Shown: piece after piece, positions 55,092 to 64,000 of the stretch
How the letters are laid out: each line of letters starts with the position of its first letter
Position numbering within the stretch: position 1 is the first letter of the stretch
NCBI GenBank assembly: GCA_964429275.1
Contig: CAYSBJ010000001.1
Location: forward strand, 389,776-453,775
Reading direction: 5' to 3'
Source of the DNA: an uncultured Pseudomonadota bacterium
Lineage (GTDB): Bacteria; Babelota; Babeliae; Babelales; JAUPTZ01
DNA: 64,000 nucleotides
Program-made: the position numbers and the translations under genes
The notes under the pieces: model-generated
The model's database searches: none
Seen by the model: only the letters and a program-made list of their open reading frames with translations
Told to the model about the DNA's origin: nothing

Positions 55092-56672
55092 ATGGTTAAA
55101 AAGATTATGATGTTGCTGTTTTTGGTAGGTGTAGCCATGCCCGCCAGCAGTCTGGTGGCTGCAGATGCAACAAGTCCCGCGCCACGGGATTTCTGGGATT
55201 TCTTTTATAAGCAAGGCGAGCGCCTTTTAGCTCCGTTTTTGGAAAGGCCTGAGTCTTGGGCAGAGGTGCCGAGAGGGTATTGTACTTCAATCGCACAATA
55301 TAATGGTAAGGCACCTTTTGACACTACTGATTGGTTTCGCGCGGCCAATAAATTGGATAGGACGTTAAGCGAAATCTCTGAACCTCTCGACAAGGCGAAT
55401 ATTCAGGCGTGTATTGCTTTGTTCAAGCGCGCTGAGTTGTATTCTCTATTCTGGAATGTCTTGAAAAAAATTTTCGATCCAAAAACCTTGGAAGGTGAGG
55501 ACGCCTTTTCATGCTGGCTTGCGGACGCTATTTTTGGGAAAGAGCCAAAGGTGAGGAGTTGTAAGGATGTATCCTTTACGTCAGACATAGCGTCTGTGCT
55601 TAAAGATGGATCTTTCGTGCGGCCACGCATATACTCTACCGGTCTAATAATCAATCGATTGCGAAGAATGCATGAGTGTCTTATTTCAGGCCGGGAGGTC
55701 GAGTGTTATAATTGGGAAACTGTGCTAAAACATATGACTAAAGCGCTAGGCGAAAGTTGGCCGCACCTATTTATTGCGCACCTCTGGCAGGCTACTAGCA
55801 CCTTGAGTGAGAGCGCCCCTCGCGCTGATTTCGCAGCTTCTAGTGTGCCTGGTGTTTCGCACCGCCCTTCTATCTCTCTTCGAGGCGGTGCTTCTAGTGG
55901 GGCTGACTTGCCGGTCAGCATGCCCCTGGCAGTAGCGGGCTCTTCTGCAGTGTTTGATTCACACTCTAGTGTGCCTGCTGCGAGTTCTAGGGCTTTAAGT
56001 GATCGGTCCGATAGCGATATGCAGGCGAAGGAGAAGGCACAACTGTTGTTGAATGGCTTGGTCTCTTTGCTCCCGTTGGCAGAAGGCTCCAAAGTGAGAG
56101 AGTGTCAGCAAGAGTTGGGTAAATCTGATCTTGATGCGATATGGGGTAAGATTTCGCATCGTCTCCATAACATAGATGATAAGGACTTCGATGGTCGAGC
56201 CAGACTTCAGCTCAGGGTGTGCCGGAATTTTTTCTTTCAGGAGTGTCGTATACGCCGCTCAATTAAAGCGTTATTTTTAGACCATATGCGGATTGTTTTT
56301 GAGAAGGCATTTCAATCTGCTGGTGGGATTAGAAGAGTTGGAGGCACTGAGCAAACGTTGGCCAGTATTATGGGTGATGCCGTTACCAGTTATCGTTTAA
56401 AGACACTGACGGGGGAGTCCTATGGGCGTCTTTTTTTCGATGCTGATCCCAAGTGGTTTTGCGCGCAAATTCCAGTCCTATTCCGGCTTGTTTGCGATGA
56501 TAGCCTTTATGTAGAAGGTGCTCTAGCCCCTTATGATCGGCTTATTTTTGACTTATTTGATAAATACTTTACGGTTCTGGACCGTGCAAAACTGCAAGCT
56601 AATGATCTTCGGTCGGTTGTTGAATTTTATAAGCAGCACTTCTTGCGTTCTGGCTCAATCACGGGCAAGTGA
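55092..56672 (+). CDS. Hypothetical secreted protein (two helical domains with a Ser-rich linker)
   Basis: Signal MVKKIMMLLFLVGVAMPASSLVA; GGGGG RBS; long ORF. Confidence 0.78.
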   Translation: MVKKIMMLLFLVGVAMPASSLVAADATSPAPRDFWDFFYKQGERLLAPFLERPESWAEVPRGYCTSIAQYNGKAPFDTTDWFRAANKLDRTLSEISEPLDKANIQACIALFKRAELYSLFWNVLKKIFDPKTLEGEDAFSCWLADAIFGKEPKVRSCKDVSFTSDIASVLKDGSFVRPRIYSTGLIINRLRRMHECLISGREVECYNWETVLKHMTKALGESWPHLFIAHLWQATSTLSESAPRADFAASSVPGVSHRPSISLRGGASSGADLPVSMPLAVAGSSAVFDSHSSVPAASSRALSDRSDSDMQAKEKAQLLLNGLVSLLPLAEGSKVRECQQELGKSDLDAIWGKISHRLHNIDDKDFDGRARLQLRVCRNFFFQECRIRRSIKALFLDHMRIVFEKAFQSAGGIRRVGGTEQTLASIMGDAVTSYRLKTLTGESYGRLFFDADPKWFCAQIPVLFRLVCDDSLYVEGALAPYDRLIFDLFDKYFTVLDRAKLQANDLRSVVEFYKQHFLRSGSITGK

Positions 56673-56810
56673 TACGATGCTTGGAGTTCTGTAGGTTTTT
56701 ATTACTGCGATGTCACCAGATTTGACATTTTTGTGCGTTCTTTTATGCTTCCTGGCCTCCCGATTATGCAGCCATTGATGACATTTTATAAAAACGGGGA
56801 ACAGGTTCTT

Positions 56811-57236
56811 ATGATCAATCGATCACTATTGGTAGCAGCATTTTTTGTAATTTTTGGTGGAACGCTCGCCGCAGCGGATGTGTCTAAGGAAAGCAAAGAG
56901 GGAACGTGGCGGACTCTCAAACAGAAGGTCGATAAGAAGGCTCGTATAATTAAATCACAAGATTCTTTAAAAGATTTACATTGCAAAATACGCGCAATAT
57001 CGATCGATATTAGTGCTATTATTACTAAGTTAGATTGTCCAGCGATTTATGATCGTGCGAAAATTGATTTATTGAAGGGTAAATTAGAGCAAAGTATGGA
57101 CGACATAGTGTTATTTTATAATCGTTCCCCGCAGCTAGGCATTTCAGAATGGGTGTGGCGTGAGAGTCGTAAGTTTTGGAATGAAATAAAGTCAAATTCC
57201 GATACATTATGCGCAACACTTCCGAAAGATGAGTAG
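56811..57236 (+). CDS. Hypothetical secreted protein
   Basis: Signal MINRSLLVAAFFVIFGGTLAA. Confidence 0.7.
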   Translation: MINRSLLVAAFFVIFGGTLAAADVSKESKEGTWRTLKQKVDKKARIIKSQDSLKDLHCKIRAISIDISAIITKLDCPAIYDRAKIDLLKGKLEQSMDDIVLFYNRSPQLGISEWVWRESRKFWNEIKSNSDTLCATLPKDE

Positions 57237-57362
57237 CTTAAGGAGGGCATTTCTGATTTATAGCTCTCTATTCTTTTGCTTATGTTCTTTATCGGCTTAT
57301 TTCTCAGTGAACGACTGAGAGTGATTCTTCGGACCGGTATTCAGGACCATAAGAATGTGTAT

Positions 57363-57406
57363 CCAACAAGAAAGGCCTCCCAAAATCGGGAGGCCTTTCT
57401 TGTTGG
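57363..57406. terminator. Long perfect hairpin; probable bidirectional terminator
   Basis: ccaacaagaaaggcctccc-aaaatc-gggaggcctttcttgttgg between convergent genes. Confidence 0.8.
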
Positions 57407-57421
57407 TGGGTTTATGAATGT

Positions 57422-58354
57422 TTAGAGTCCGGCGTGCTTGCCAAGTGATTCTGCTTTTCCTTGCATGACTAGCATTTCTCGGTCAAGTTCCGATAAATAC
57501 TGTGTCATTTCTTCTTGGTATTGAGCCGACTTTAGCGCAAATGCAAGATTTGCCTTGAGGTAGCCAAGTGGGCTTCCGATGTCGTACCGAGTGCCTTGGA
57601 TTTTATAGGCGAATACTTTTTCGCCGGAAAATAAAAGGTTTTGTATGCCATCGGTTAATTGAATTTCACCGGTTGATTGTGCATTCAATTCTTCCAGTGA
57701 GTCGAAAATTGATGGTGAAAGTACGTACCGACCTACGATGGCTAAATTTGAGGGGGCTTGCGCGGTTGATGGTTTTTCGACTAATTCCTTAACTTGAAAA
57801 AGATTTGGTGAAAACTGCTTTTTTATAGCGACTACGCCATAACGGGAAATATCTTTTCCTGGTACTTCCTGCACGGCGACAATATTACACTTTTCTTGTT
57901 GAGCAATTTTTATGAGTTGTGCAATTCCCGGTACCGGTCCGTGAATGATATCGTCTGGTAACATGATGGCGCAGTGTTCTTTGCCAATTGCGTGACGGGC
58001 ACTCCACACCGCGTGGCCAAGGCCTGCGGGCTCGTGTTGCGGTACATAACTAAAATCAGCGGCGTATACTGATTTATGCAATGATGCCAGGGCATGCTGA
58101 TTTGCTTGCGGCATAGCCATAAAATCTCGTTCGTTGATTGGGTCAAAGTGTGACTGAATCAATTCTCGATTTTTACCGGTAACCATGACAAAATTCTTAA
58201 TGCCGGAACGCACTCCTTCTTCGATTGCGTATTGCAACGCAGGCTTTTCCAGGATTGGTAGCATTTCTTTAGAAACTGACCGAGACGCGGGCAAAAAGCG
58301 CGAGCCTGTGCCAGCAACCGGGACTATAGCTTTGGTGACCATTACCACTCTCAT
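57422..58354 (-). CDS. galU: UTP--glucose-1-phosphate uridylyltransferase
   Basis: KAIVPVAGTGSRFLPASRSVSKEMLP, Q.EPAGLGHAV, LPDD, VEKP, GEIQLTD; start could be 58342-58354. Confidence 0.93.
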   Translation of the reverse strand: MRVVMVTKAIVPVAGTGSRFLPASRSVSKEMLPILEKPALQYAIEEGVRSGIKNFVMVTGKNRELIQSHFDPINERDFMAMPQANQHALASLHKSVYAADFSYVPQHEPAGLGHAVWSARHAIGKEHCAIMLPDDIIHGPVPGIAQLIKIAQQEKCNIVAVQEVPGKDISRYGVVAIKKQFSPNLFQVKELVEKPSTAQAPSNLAIVGRYVLSPSIFDSLEELNAQSTGEIQLTDGIQNLLFSGEKVFAYKIQGTRYDIGSPLGYLKANLAFALKSAQYQEEMTQYLSELDREMLVMQGKAESLGKHAGL

Positions 58355-58396
58355 TCTCCTTCTTTTGAGTGTGCCGTTCACAACTAATACGGCGTG

Positions 58397-59422
58397 CTAT
58401 GTAAAGCGTTTTAGGAATTGTACTTTGCCATTGCTGAGCATGCGAATGTCTTTGATTCCATAACGCAACATAGCAAGGCGGGTGAGCCCGAAACCGAACG
58501 CAAAGCCTGAATATACAGTCGGATCGATGCCTGCCTCTTTTAGTACGTTTGGATGGATCATTCCCCCAGGAAACACCTCAATCCAGCGTGTTTTTTTACA
58601 CGTGGAGCAGCCGGTGGTACAGAAAGGGCACTGCATATCTATTTCCACCCCAGGCTCCACAAATGGGAAGAAGCCAGGGCGAGTCCGGATGGTGAGTGTG
58701 TCTGATCCAAACAAAGCACGTAAAAATTCCTCAATCACGCCAAAAAGATGTGCCAGGGTAACGTTCTTATCGATTAAGATTCCCTCGCATTGAAAGAAGG
58801 TGTGATCGTGGCTTGCATCAACTGCTTCGTGTCGAAACACGCGACCGGTACAAATACCAGCTAGCGGCAGTTTTTTTTCTTTCATTGCCCGCATCTGCAC
58901 CGTTGACGTGTGGGTACGCATGAGCATTCCTGGGCTGTTGAGCCAAAAAGTGTCATACATGTCACGCGCTGGGTGATCAGCCGGAATGTTTAATGCGGTG
59001 AAGTTATGATAGTCGGTTTCTACTTCCGGCCCATCAAGTAGTTCAAACCCCATTGAAAGAAAAATGTTTTGTACTTCAGTGATAAAGTGGGTGTACGGAT
59101 GCAAGCTTCCTTCAAGCTGCCCCGGTGTATACGCGGTCACATCGAATGTTGCGTGATGCTCAGATGTTGTTGCCGCGAGGTGTAGTTTTTTTTCCTTGGT
59201 GTCATTCTCACACTCTTTTTTGAGCGTATTGAGTAGGGGGCCACACAATCTCTTTTCCTCCAGAGAGCAGCTGCCGAGTTGTTCAAATAATCCTTGAATC
59301 GAACCTTTTTTGCCGAGAAATTTAATACGTAGTTCTTCCAGCTGCTGGTGATTGTTGACAGCGGTTAGTTCCTGCTGCCAGAGTAAGGTTTGTGCAACTA
59401 TCTGCTCTTGTAAAGTACTCAT
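58397..59422 (-). CDS. pheS: Phenylalanine--tRNA ligase alpha subunit
   Basis: GSLHP, NFTALNIPADHPARDMYDTF, RTHTS, FPFVEPG, GFAFGFGLTRLAMLRYGI.DIR. Confidence 0.97.
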   Translation of the reverse strand: MSTLQEQIVAQTLLWQQELTAVNNHQQLEELRIKFLGKKGSIQGLFEQLGSCSLEEKRLCGPLLNTLKKECENDTKEKKLHLAATTSEHHATFDVTAYTPGQLEGSLHPYTHFITEVQNIFLSMGFELLDGPEVETDYHNFTALNIPADHPARDMYDTFWLNSPGMLMRTHTSTVQMRAMKEKKLPLAGICTGRVFRHEAVDASHDHTFFQCEGILIDKNVTLAHLFGVIEEFLRALFGSDTLTIRTRPGFFPFVEPGVEIDMQCPFCTTGCSTCKKTRWIEVFPGGMIHPNVLKEAGIDPTVYSGFAFGFGLTRLAMLRYGIKDIRMLSNGKVQFLKRFT

Positions 59423-59562
59423 AAAGCTGTGTCCATGCCTCATTAAAACTATGGGAGGGGCCTATCATAGCATGAAACGTACTTTTTTCTAGAGAAAATT
59501 GTACGCCTTGCGCGACTGGGTGAAGGATTGCAAGAAATAAATGATCTACAGGAGTCTTGGAT

Positions 59563-60447
59563 ATGGGGAAGTTCGTTTTTTTTATTCTTCTTGCGGTAAT
59601 TATTGGAAGCAGTATTCAGGCAGCATCCACGGACGTTTCTTTTATGGAAAAGGAAGTGGACCCTGTAATTCTTGTTACTCTTGATAGTTGTTGTATGCGG
59701 TCTCGCTTTCACCGGGGGAATGTAGAGCGTAGTCTGCTATTTGATCGAGCTTCGTGTGTAATGAGTGCATTATTAAAGAAGAACGAACTGTGGCAAGATG
59801 AGCAATATAAGCTCAAGTATAAAAATTATCAGCAGCAACTCAAGGATAAGCTAAAGAAGAAGCGTAAGGATATTAAAGAAAAAGCCCTTGATGGACTAAA
59901 ACAGCTCTTTGAGCTTATGACTCAAGTTGCTGACTTAGCAAACGAAAAGATGTTGCCAGATGTTGATTCTGTTCAGGGATATGACGTCTATTATTCTCGC
60001 CAAACTGGTCAGCCAGCTAAGACGCGTGCAGGTTTTCTTGCGCACCTAGCAACGGCAATTAAACCAGTCGTACGTGAATTAGAAGAATTAAGGGACGAGA
60101 AAAGAGTTTTTTGTTTCCCATCGCCCTGTCCATACCATGGGAATAAGGTGGCGGATACCTCAGCGTTGGGGTTGCAAGACAAAGAAGCTCCGCCGTCTTT
60201 ATCCACTCCTCAGGAAATGAGTCGTATGACTAAAGTAGCTTTTGCGATAGCGAGTGGGCTTTTCATTGAAGCGATGGTGCGCAAGGAGCGTTCGGTCTTA
60301 TGGGATGGTTTACGGATTGGTAAGGGTGCCGTGGTGGCTTTTTGGCGTTGGGTAATTGGGCAACGAGCCGTGACGCAGCGTGTGGAAATGCCTACATATC
60401 GTGAGAGCCTCAGCGTAGCGCGTGACTTGATTGTTGCCAAGGATTAA
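59563..60447 (+). CDS. Hypothetical exported coiled-coil protein with a C-terminal hydrophobic segment
   Basis: AGGAG RBS; signal MGKFVFFILLAVIIGSSIQA; Lys-rich coil. Confidence 0.75.
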   Translation: MGKFVFFILLAVIIGSSIQAASTDVSFMEKEVDPVILVTLDSCCMRSRFHRGNVERSLLFDRASCVMSALLKKNELWQDEQYKLKYKNYQQQLKDKLKKKRKDIKEKALDGLKQLFELMTQVADLANEKMLPDVDSVQGYDVYYSRQTGQPAKTRAGFLAHLATAIKPVVRELEELRDEKRVFCFPSPCPYHGNKVADTSALGLQDKEAPPSLSTPQEMSRMTKVAFAIASGLFIEAMVRKERSVLWDGLRIGKGAVVAFWRWVIGQRAVTQRVEMPTYRESLSVARDLIVAKD

Positions 60448-61343
60448 GCGTTATTTTGACGAAACTCTTTGCTGAGTTCCTGAAGGCTCTCCGTCCAGAG
60501 TTTTATGAGTTTTTTGTTTTTGCGTGTGTCGGGGATTGTTTTTGCGATGCCGTCCGCTTGTAATTCTATGGCCTTGACGATTTTTTTCCGAGCTCGCCAT
60601 TGCTTATGTCGTGCCCAAAAGTTAAGCCAATGTGTTTCAACTTTAGGCACCTCAAGTTTTATATTTTGGCGATAACTCTCTGGTATATACGGATTGATTG
60701 ATTTCCTGATTTCACCAATGTTTTCGTATACTGCCAGGTGAGCTTCTTTGATGTCATCAAGCGCCTCGTGGTTTTCTGCGGTGATGTATTTGTATATTTG
60801 GGCTACGACGTATAGAAACCAAAGGCTGATAACCCCTTTGAGAATGAGTTGGCCAAAACTTCCTATGATTGCTGGATCAAAAAAGACCATTTTTTTGGGA
60901 GCTCCACCGTCTGCACTTCGTGTTACTGGCGAGAAAGGGAGAGGGTTTGTGTTGAGATAATTTGTGACTTCATTGCACAGGCTTGAGAGATCTTTGAGTA
61001 ATGTTTCTTTTGGTTCTCCTTTGATAAATGCTTGCAAGAGATCAGATATTGTATAGTCGAATCTATGCAGGAAATTTTGAAGAATGGTGCTTGTTGTTAC
61101 TGCTTTTTGATCGTCATCCGTTCCCCTGTGACCGGTAGCTTTTTCTGCTGTCTTAATGCACCAGCTTACTGTGGTAGTGAGCTCAATGAATGGATTGTCT
61201 GGGCCATATGTATGAAGGAACAGTGTTGTTAAGACCTTGTTCTTTTCTTCAAGCTCGCTGCTGTGTGGATACGGTGTAAGTGTGGCGAGTGATGGCTGGA
61301 TGGTTGTGAGTGTTAAGAAAGCGGATAGTAGAAGAAATAACAC
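60444..61343 (-). CDS. Hypothetical exported/TM protein
   Basis: GGAGG RBS, signal peptide, internal TM (IIGSFGQLILKGVISLWFLYVVAQIY). Confidence 0.75.
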   Translation of the reverse strand: MLFLLLSAFLTLTTIQPSLATLTPYPHSSELEEKNKVLTTLFLHTYGPDNPFIELTTTVSWCIKTAEKATGHRGTDDDQKAVTTSTILQNFLHRFDYTISDLLQAFIKGEPKETLLKDLSSLCNEVTNYLNTNPLPFSPVTRSADGGAPKKMVFFDPAIIGSFGQLILKGVISLWFLYVVAQIYKYITAENHEALDDIKEAHLAVYENIGEIRKSINPYIPESYRQNIKLEVPKVETHWLNFWARHKQWRARKKIVKAIELQADGIAKTIPDTRKNKKLIKLWTESLQELSKEFRQNNA

Positions 61344-61344
61344 C

Positions 61345-61887
61345 TTATCCTCCTTCCGGTCTTGAGAGAATGGCGTTGCTTATGGCGATAGTGGTAGCGG
61401 CAGCATTTTTGATGCAGTTGTGGCGCTTTACAAGTTTTTCAAGCGGCTTTTTTTCATGCAGTATTTTGCGTGCATCGTTATCTTTGACTGCGATGAAAAT
61501 GAGATAAACAATGCAAAAGAAGCCACAATAAGTGAGTGCGTGCCAGACTGAGTCAAAAGGACCATGCATCTGTGGTGGGTAGTAGGCAGTGGTGGCTGTA
61601 GCATCAAAAATTGTGCGATCTGGGGTTGCCGTACTTTTTTGCTGAAGTGATCTTCGGAGAAATGTAATGTCGGCATATAACTGTTCGGGCGCCTGTGCAT
61701 GTGCAATAATTTGTTCTGCCTGGCGTGTTATTTCTTGGCGCTTTGCAGGTGGTTCTTGCTTGAGAATGTGTGCAATAACAAAGTATTCTTGAAGCAGTTT
61801 CTTCGTAAGTATTGGATCCTTTGGCATGGCGGAAAGTGCGCTGCATGTGAAGAAAATAGTGAGTAAAAGAACAGGCATGACCTTCAT
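61345..61887 (-). CDS. Hypothetical exported/TM protein
   Basis: Signal peptide; TM ALTYCGFFCIVYLIFIAV; ATGA overlap with upstream gene. Confidence 0.75.
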   Translation of the reverse strand: MKVMPVLLLTIFFTCSALSAMPKDPILTKKLLQEYFVIAHILKQEPPAKRQEITRQAEQIIAHAQAPEQLYADITFLRRSLQQKSTATPDRTIFDATATTAYYPPQMHGPFDSVWHALTYCGFFCIVYLIFIAVKDNDARKILHEKKPLEKLVKRHNCIKNAAATTIAISNAILSRPEGG

Positions 61888-62633
61888 GCAGTGTGTTCCT
61901 TCTTGTTAAATTGATCGATGGCACATTCAAGCTGTGCTTGCATTCCACATGGAGCAGACTGCGCATGTGGAGCTTCAATTTCAGTCAGCATGGTGCCTGT
62001 CTTTGCTTTGAGCGCGAGACTATTTTTGCTCAGGCGTTTTTTAACGAAGTAGGTGATTGTTCCGAGAAAGGCAATGCCAATAAAAAACAAGGCAAGTTGC
62101 TCCTTGAGCGTCCCGGGATGGGATTCTTCATGTGCTGCTTGCTGCTGCGTTTGTAGTTGTTGTAGAGCCGTTAAAACTTGTTGTAATGTGACATCTTGTG
62201 TGGCTGTTGGAAGGTTGCGGAGTGGCACGGCATGGTAGGCACTGGGAGGGGTAATAGTTAGGGGCGAGCTCTGCTCTTTTGTTTCGAGTGGAATGAGCTC
62301 ATATTGATTGAGCAGTTCTTGCGCTCGTTCTTTTACCTGTTTTAATTGGTCTTGGAGTTGAGCAGTAACTAACTCTGTTGCGGCGTCAAGAGTGGTTCGA
62401 TGAGGAATTGTGGCGCAATGTATGGAGTATTCTTTGATAGCTGTTTTATATATTTCGACATACGATAGCAATGGATTGCCGGCACCGTAGAGTGCGTACC
62501 ATAAGCATTCAAGCTGGTAGCAATTGTAGGAAAGATCATTGATCTCATCCAATAGTTGTTCTGGTAAAGCAGCGCTCTGGGTGGTCAATGCAGCTAAAAA
62601 AAGGCCGAATATAATCGGCATGAAGCGGGGCAT
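61884..62633 (-). CDS. Hypothetical exported/TM protein with a Gln-rich coil
   Basis: AAGGAG RBS; signal peptide; TM LALFFIGIAFLGTITYFV followed by KKR. Confidence 0.75.
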   Translation of the reverse strand: MPRFMPIIFGLFLAALTTQSAALPEQLLDEINDLSYNCYQLECLWYALYGAGNPLLSYVEIYKTAIKEYSIHCATIPHRTTLDAATELVTAQLQDQLKQVKERAQELLNQYELIPLETKEQSSPLTITPPSAYHAVPLRNLPTATQDVTLQQVLTALQQLQTQQQAAHEESHPGTLKEQLALFFIGIAFLGTITYFVKKRLSKNSLALKAKTGTMLTEIEAPHAQSAPCGMQAQLECAIDQFNKKEHTA

Positions 62634-62707
62634 GCGGGGCTCCTTAGCGGAAGAGGAGCCGAAAGCTTGTTACGATTTGTGTAACGGTGTCAATGTTTTC
62701 GTTTGGC

Positions 62708-63487
62708 CTATTTAATCGGGCTGTGTATCGGGTGCTCCTCTTTGCACGCGATCGAAACCCACAGCATGATATTGTCGGCGGTTAAAAGATTGGTTTCAGC
62801 TGCGGTTGTTTGGTAGCTTTGTGTGGCATATGGTCGCAACCATTCATACAGTGCAAGATTGTGCTGAATCTTTGCTTTTAATTGAGCGACTATTTCATTT
62901 ATGTCAGCGAGGTTTTTCTTGGAGAATATGCCCGTGACAACTTCAGGCAGTGTGTGGTTAGCATCGCCAGGGGAATAGCGTGCTAGTTGTCTGGCTGTTG
63001 TATGCGAGAGACCCTTGAAATGCTTGCTGAGCTGTTCAATGTATTCGCGTAACATGACTATGTATTCACCGCTCGTGGTGTTGAGTTTAAACGCCAGGTC
63101 GTCTACTACATCTTTCATAAGGCCAGAAGATTGTACGAGTCGGTAGAGATCATTGCATTCTTTTTGGGCCTCTATTGTTTCTTGGTTGTCTGGATCTTGA
63201 TGAGCTGCTATGCGACGCTTGAGCTGCTGTGTTTGTTGTAGTATGTATTGTATTGCGAGGTATGGGTTGGCGGTGAGCTTTTTTGCTGAAACATAGGGGG
63301 CACATGCAAGGGCCAAATTCCCTTGGTTTGTGTCATGAGCAAGGTTGTACAGCTTGGTTTTTATATTTTTAATACGTGTTATTTCCGGTGCTAAGTAGTT
63401 GCTTTTTGGCGCAGCAACATTAAGAACAGAAATTGCTGCGAAGATAGTAATAAAGAAGATGCGGAATGTGTTTGTGAGCGGTGTCAT
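62708..63487 (-). CDS. Hypothetical secreted helical protein
   Basis: GGAG RBS; signal MTPLTNTFRIFFITIFAAISVLNVA. Confidence 0.75.
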   Translation of the reverse strand: MTPLTNTFRIFFITIFAAISVLNVAAPKSNYLAPEITRIKNIKTKLYNLAHDTNQGNLALACAPYVSAKKLTANPYLAIQYILQQTQQLKRRIAAHQDPDNQETIEAQKECNDLYRLVQSSGLMKDVVDDLAFKLNTTSGEYIVMLREYIEQLSKHFKGLSHTTARQLARYSPGDANHTLPEVVTGIFSKKNLADINEIVAQLKAKIQHNLALYEWLRPYATQSYQTTAAETNLLTADNIMLWVSIACKEEHPIHSPIK

Positions 63488-63842
63488 GGGCAGTGTCTCC
63501 AGAGCTTTTTTATAGAATGAGCAACCTATTTAGTCATAGTATGCCTGATGATGTTTTATATATGTAACGGTTTATAGCATTCTGGGTTGTTTGGACTGCT
63601 AAAAAGCTACTTTTTGTTGACGCAGTGGGGCTTTTTTGTTCGTGTGATTGTGGAGTTCTCAGCTACGGGTTCCTTATGGTTTTTCCTATCCCTTATATAC
63701 GCTTCGCGGCCTGGAAAGACCCATAGGGCTTAGATAGCGGATGCTTTGTCATCAATTGAAGAATTAGAGAGCGAATTAGCCGAGGGCCCGGTTGGTGAAT
63801 GACCCTTTTGGGAGTGCGAGATTGGTTTATGCGATTCGGCAG

Positions 63843-63871
63843 TTGACTTATGGGCGGTTTATAGTTACATT
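63843..63871 (+). promoter_or_regulatory. Sigma70 promoter of tRNA-Phe
   Basis: TTGACT-17 bp-TACATT followed by a GC-rich discriminator. Confidence 0.65.
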
Positions 63872-63885
63872 GCCACCTCGTTTTT

Positions 63886-63961
<76 letters not shown>

Positions 63962-64000
63962 GCTTTCGCCTTTGCGGCGTTATTGCTTGCTTGTAGTTAG

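Overview
Bacterial chromosomal window, about 45-48% GC by eye, standard genetic code. The gene content suggests (inference) an intracellular parasite of protists from the Dependentiae/Babeliota (TM6) lineage: housekeeping genes interleaved with many orphan signal-peptide or membrane proteins, ankyrin proteins, a eukaryote-type RING-H2 protein and amino-acid importers. Housekeeping genes: ogt, cspA, a DEAD-box helicase, nurA, an ABC-F ATPase, phrB, ychF, miaB, HU, rnhB, rpsF, rpsR, typA, rpsU, rbfA, pilD, a type IV pilin, nrnA, a FolC-like protein, galU and pheS. Three tRNAs: Cys-GCA, Leu-TAA, Phe-GAA. Accessory or decayed elements: a Fic pseudogene, a HEPN-MNT toxin-antitoxin pair translationally coupled to two ABC exporters, an IS200-type tnpA pseudogene and short RPE/REP-like palindromes. 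No CRISPR array, rRNA or prophage was seen. Best leads: (1) a signal-peptide/TM/repeat/RING-H2 candidate ubiquitin-ligase effector, within a set of orphans sharing a signal peptide plus Gly/Ala-TM and basic-patch module; (2) a tandem pair of LexA/CI-like regulators with near-identical HTHs, apparently dead S24 domains and a palindromic operator candidate; (3) four tandem orphan ABC substrate-binding paralogs, three without export signals; (4) a duplicated promoter-plus-signal-peptide cassette bounded by a 60-bp copy of a gene 3' end; (5) several apparent pseudoenzymes. All calls come from reading the sequence; no database search was run.
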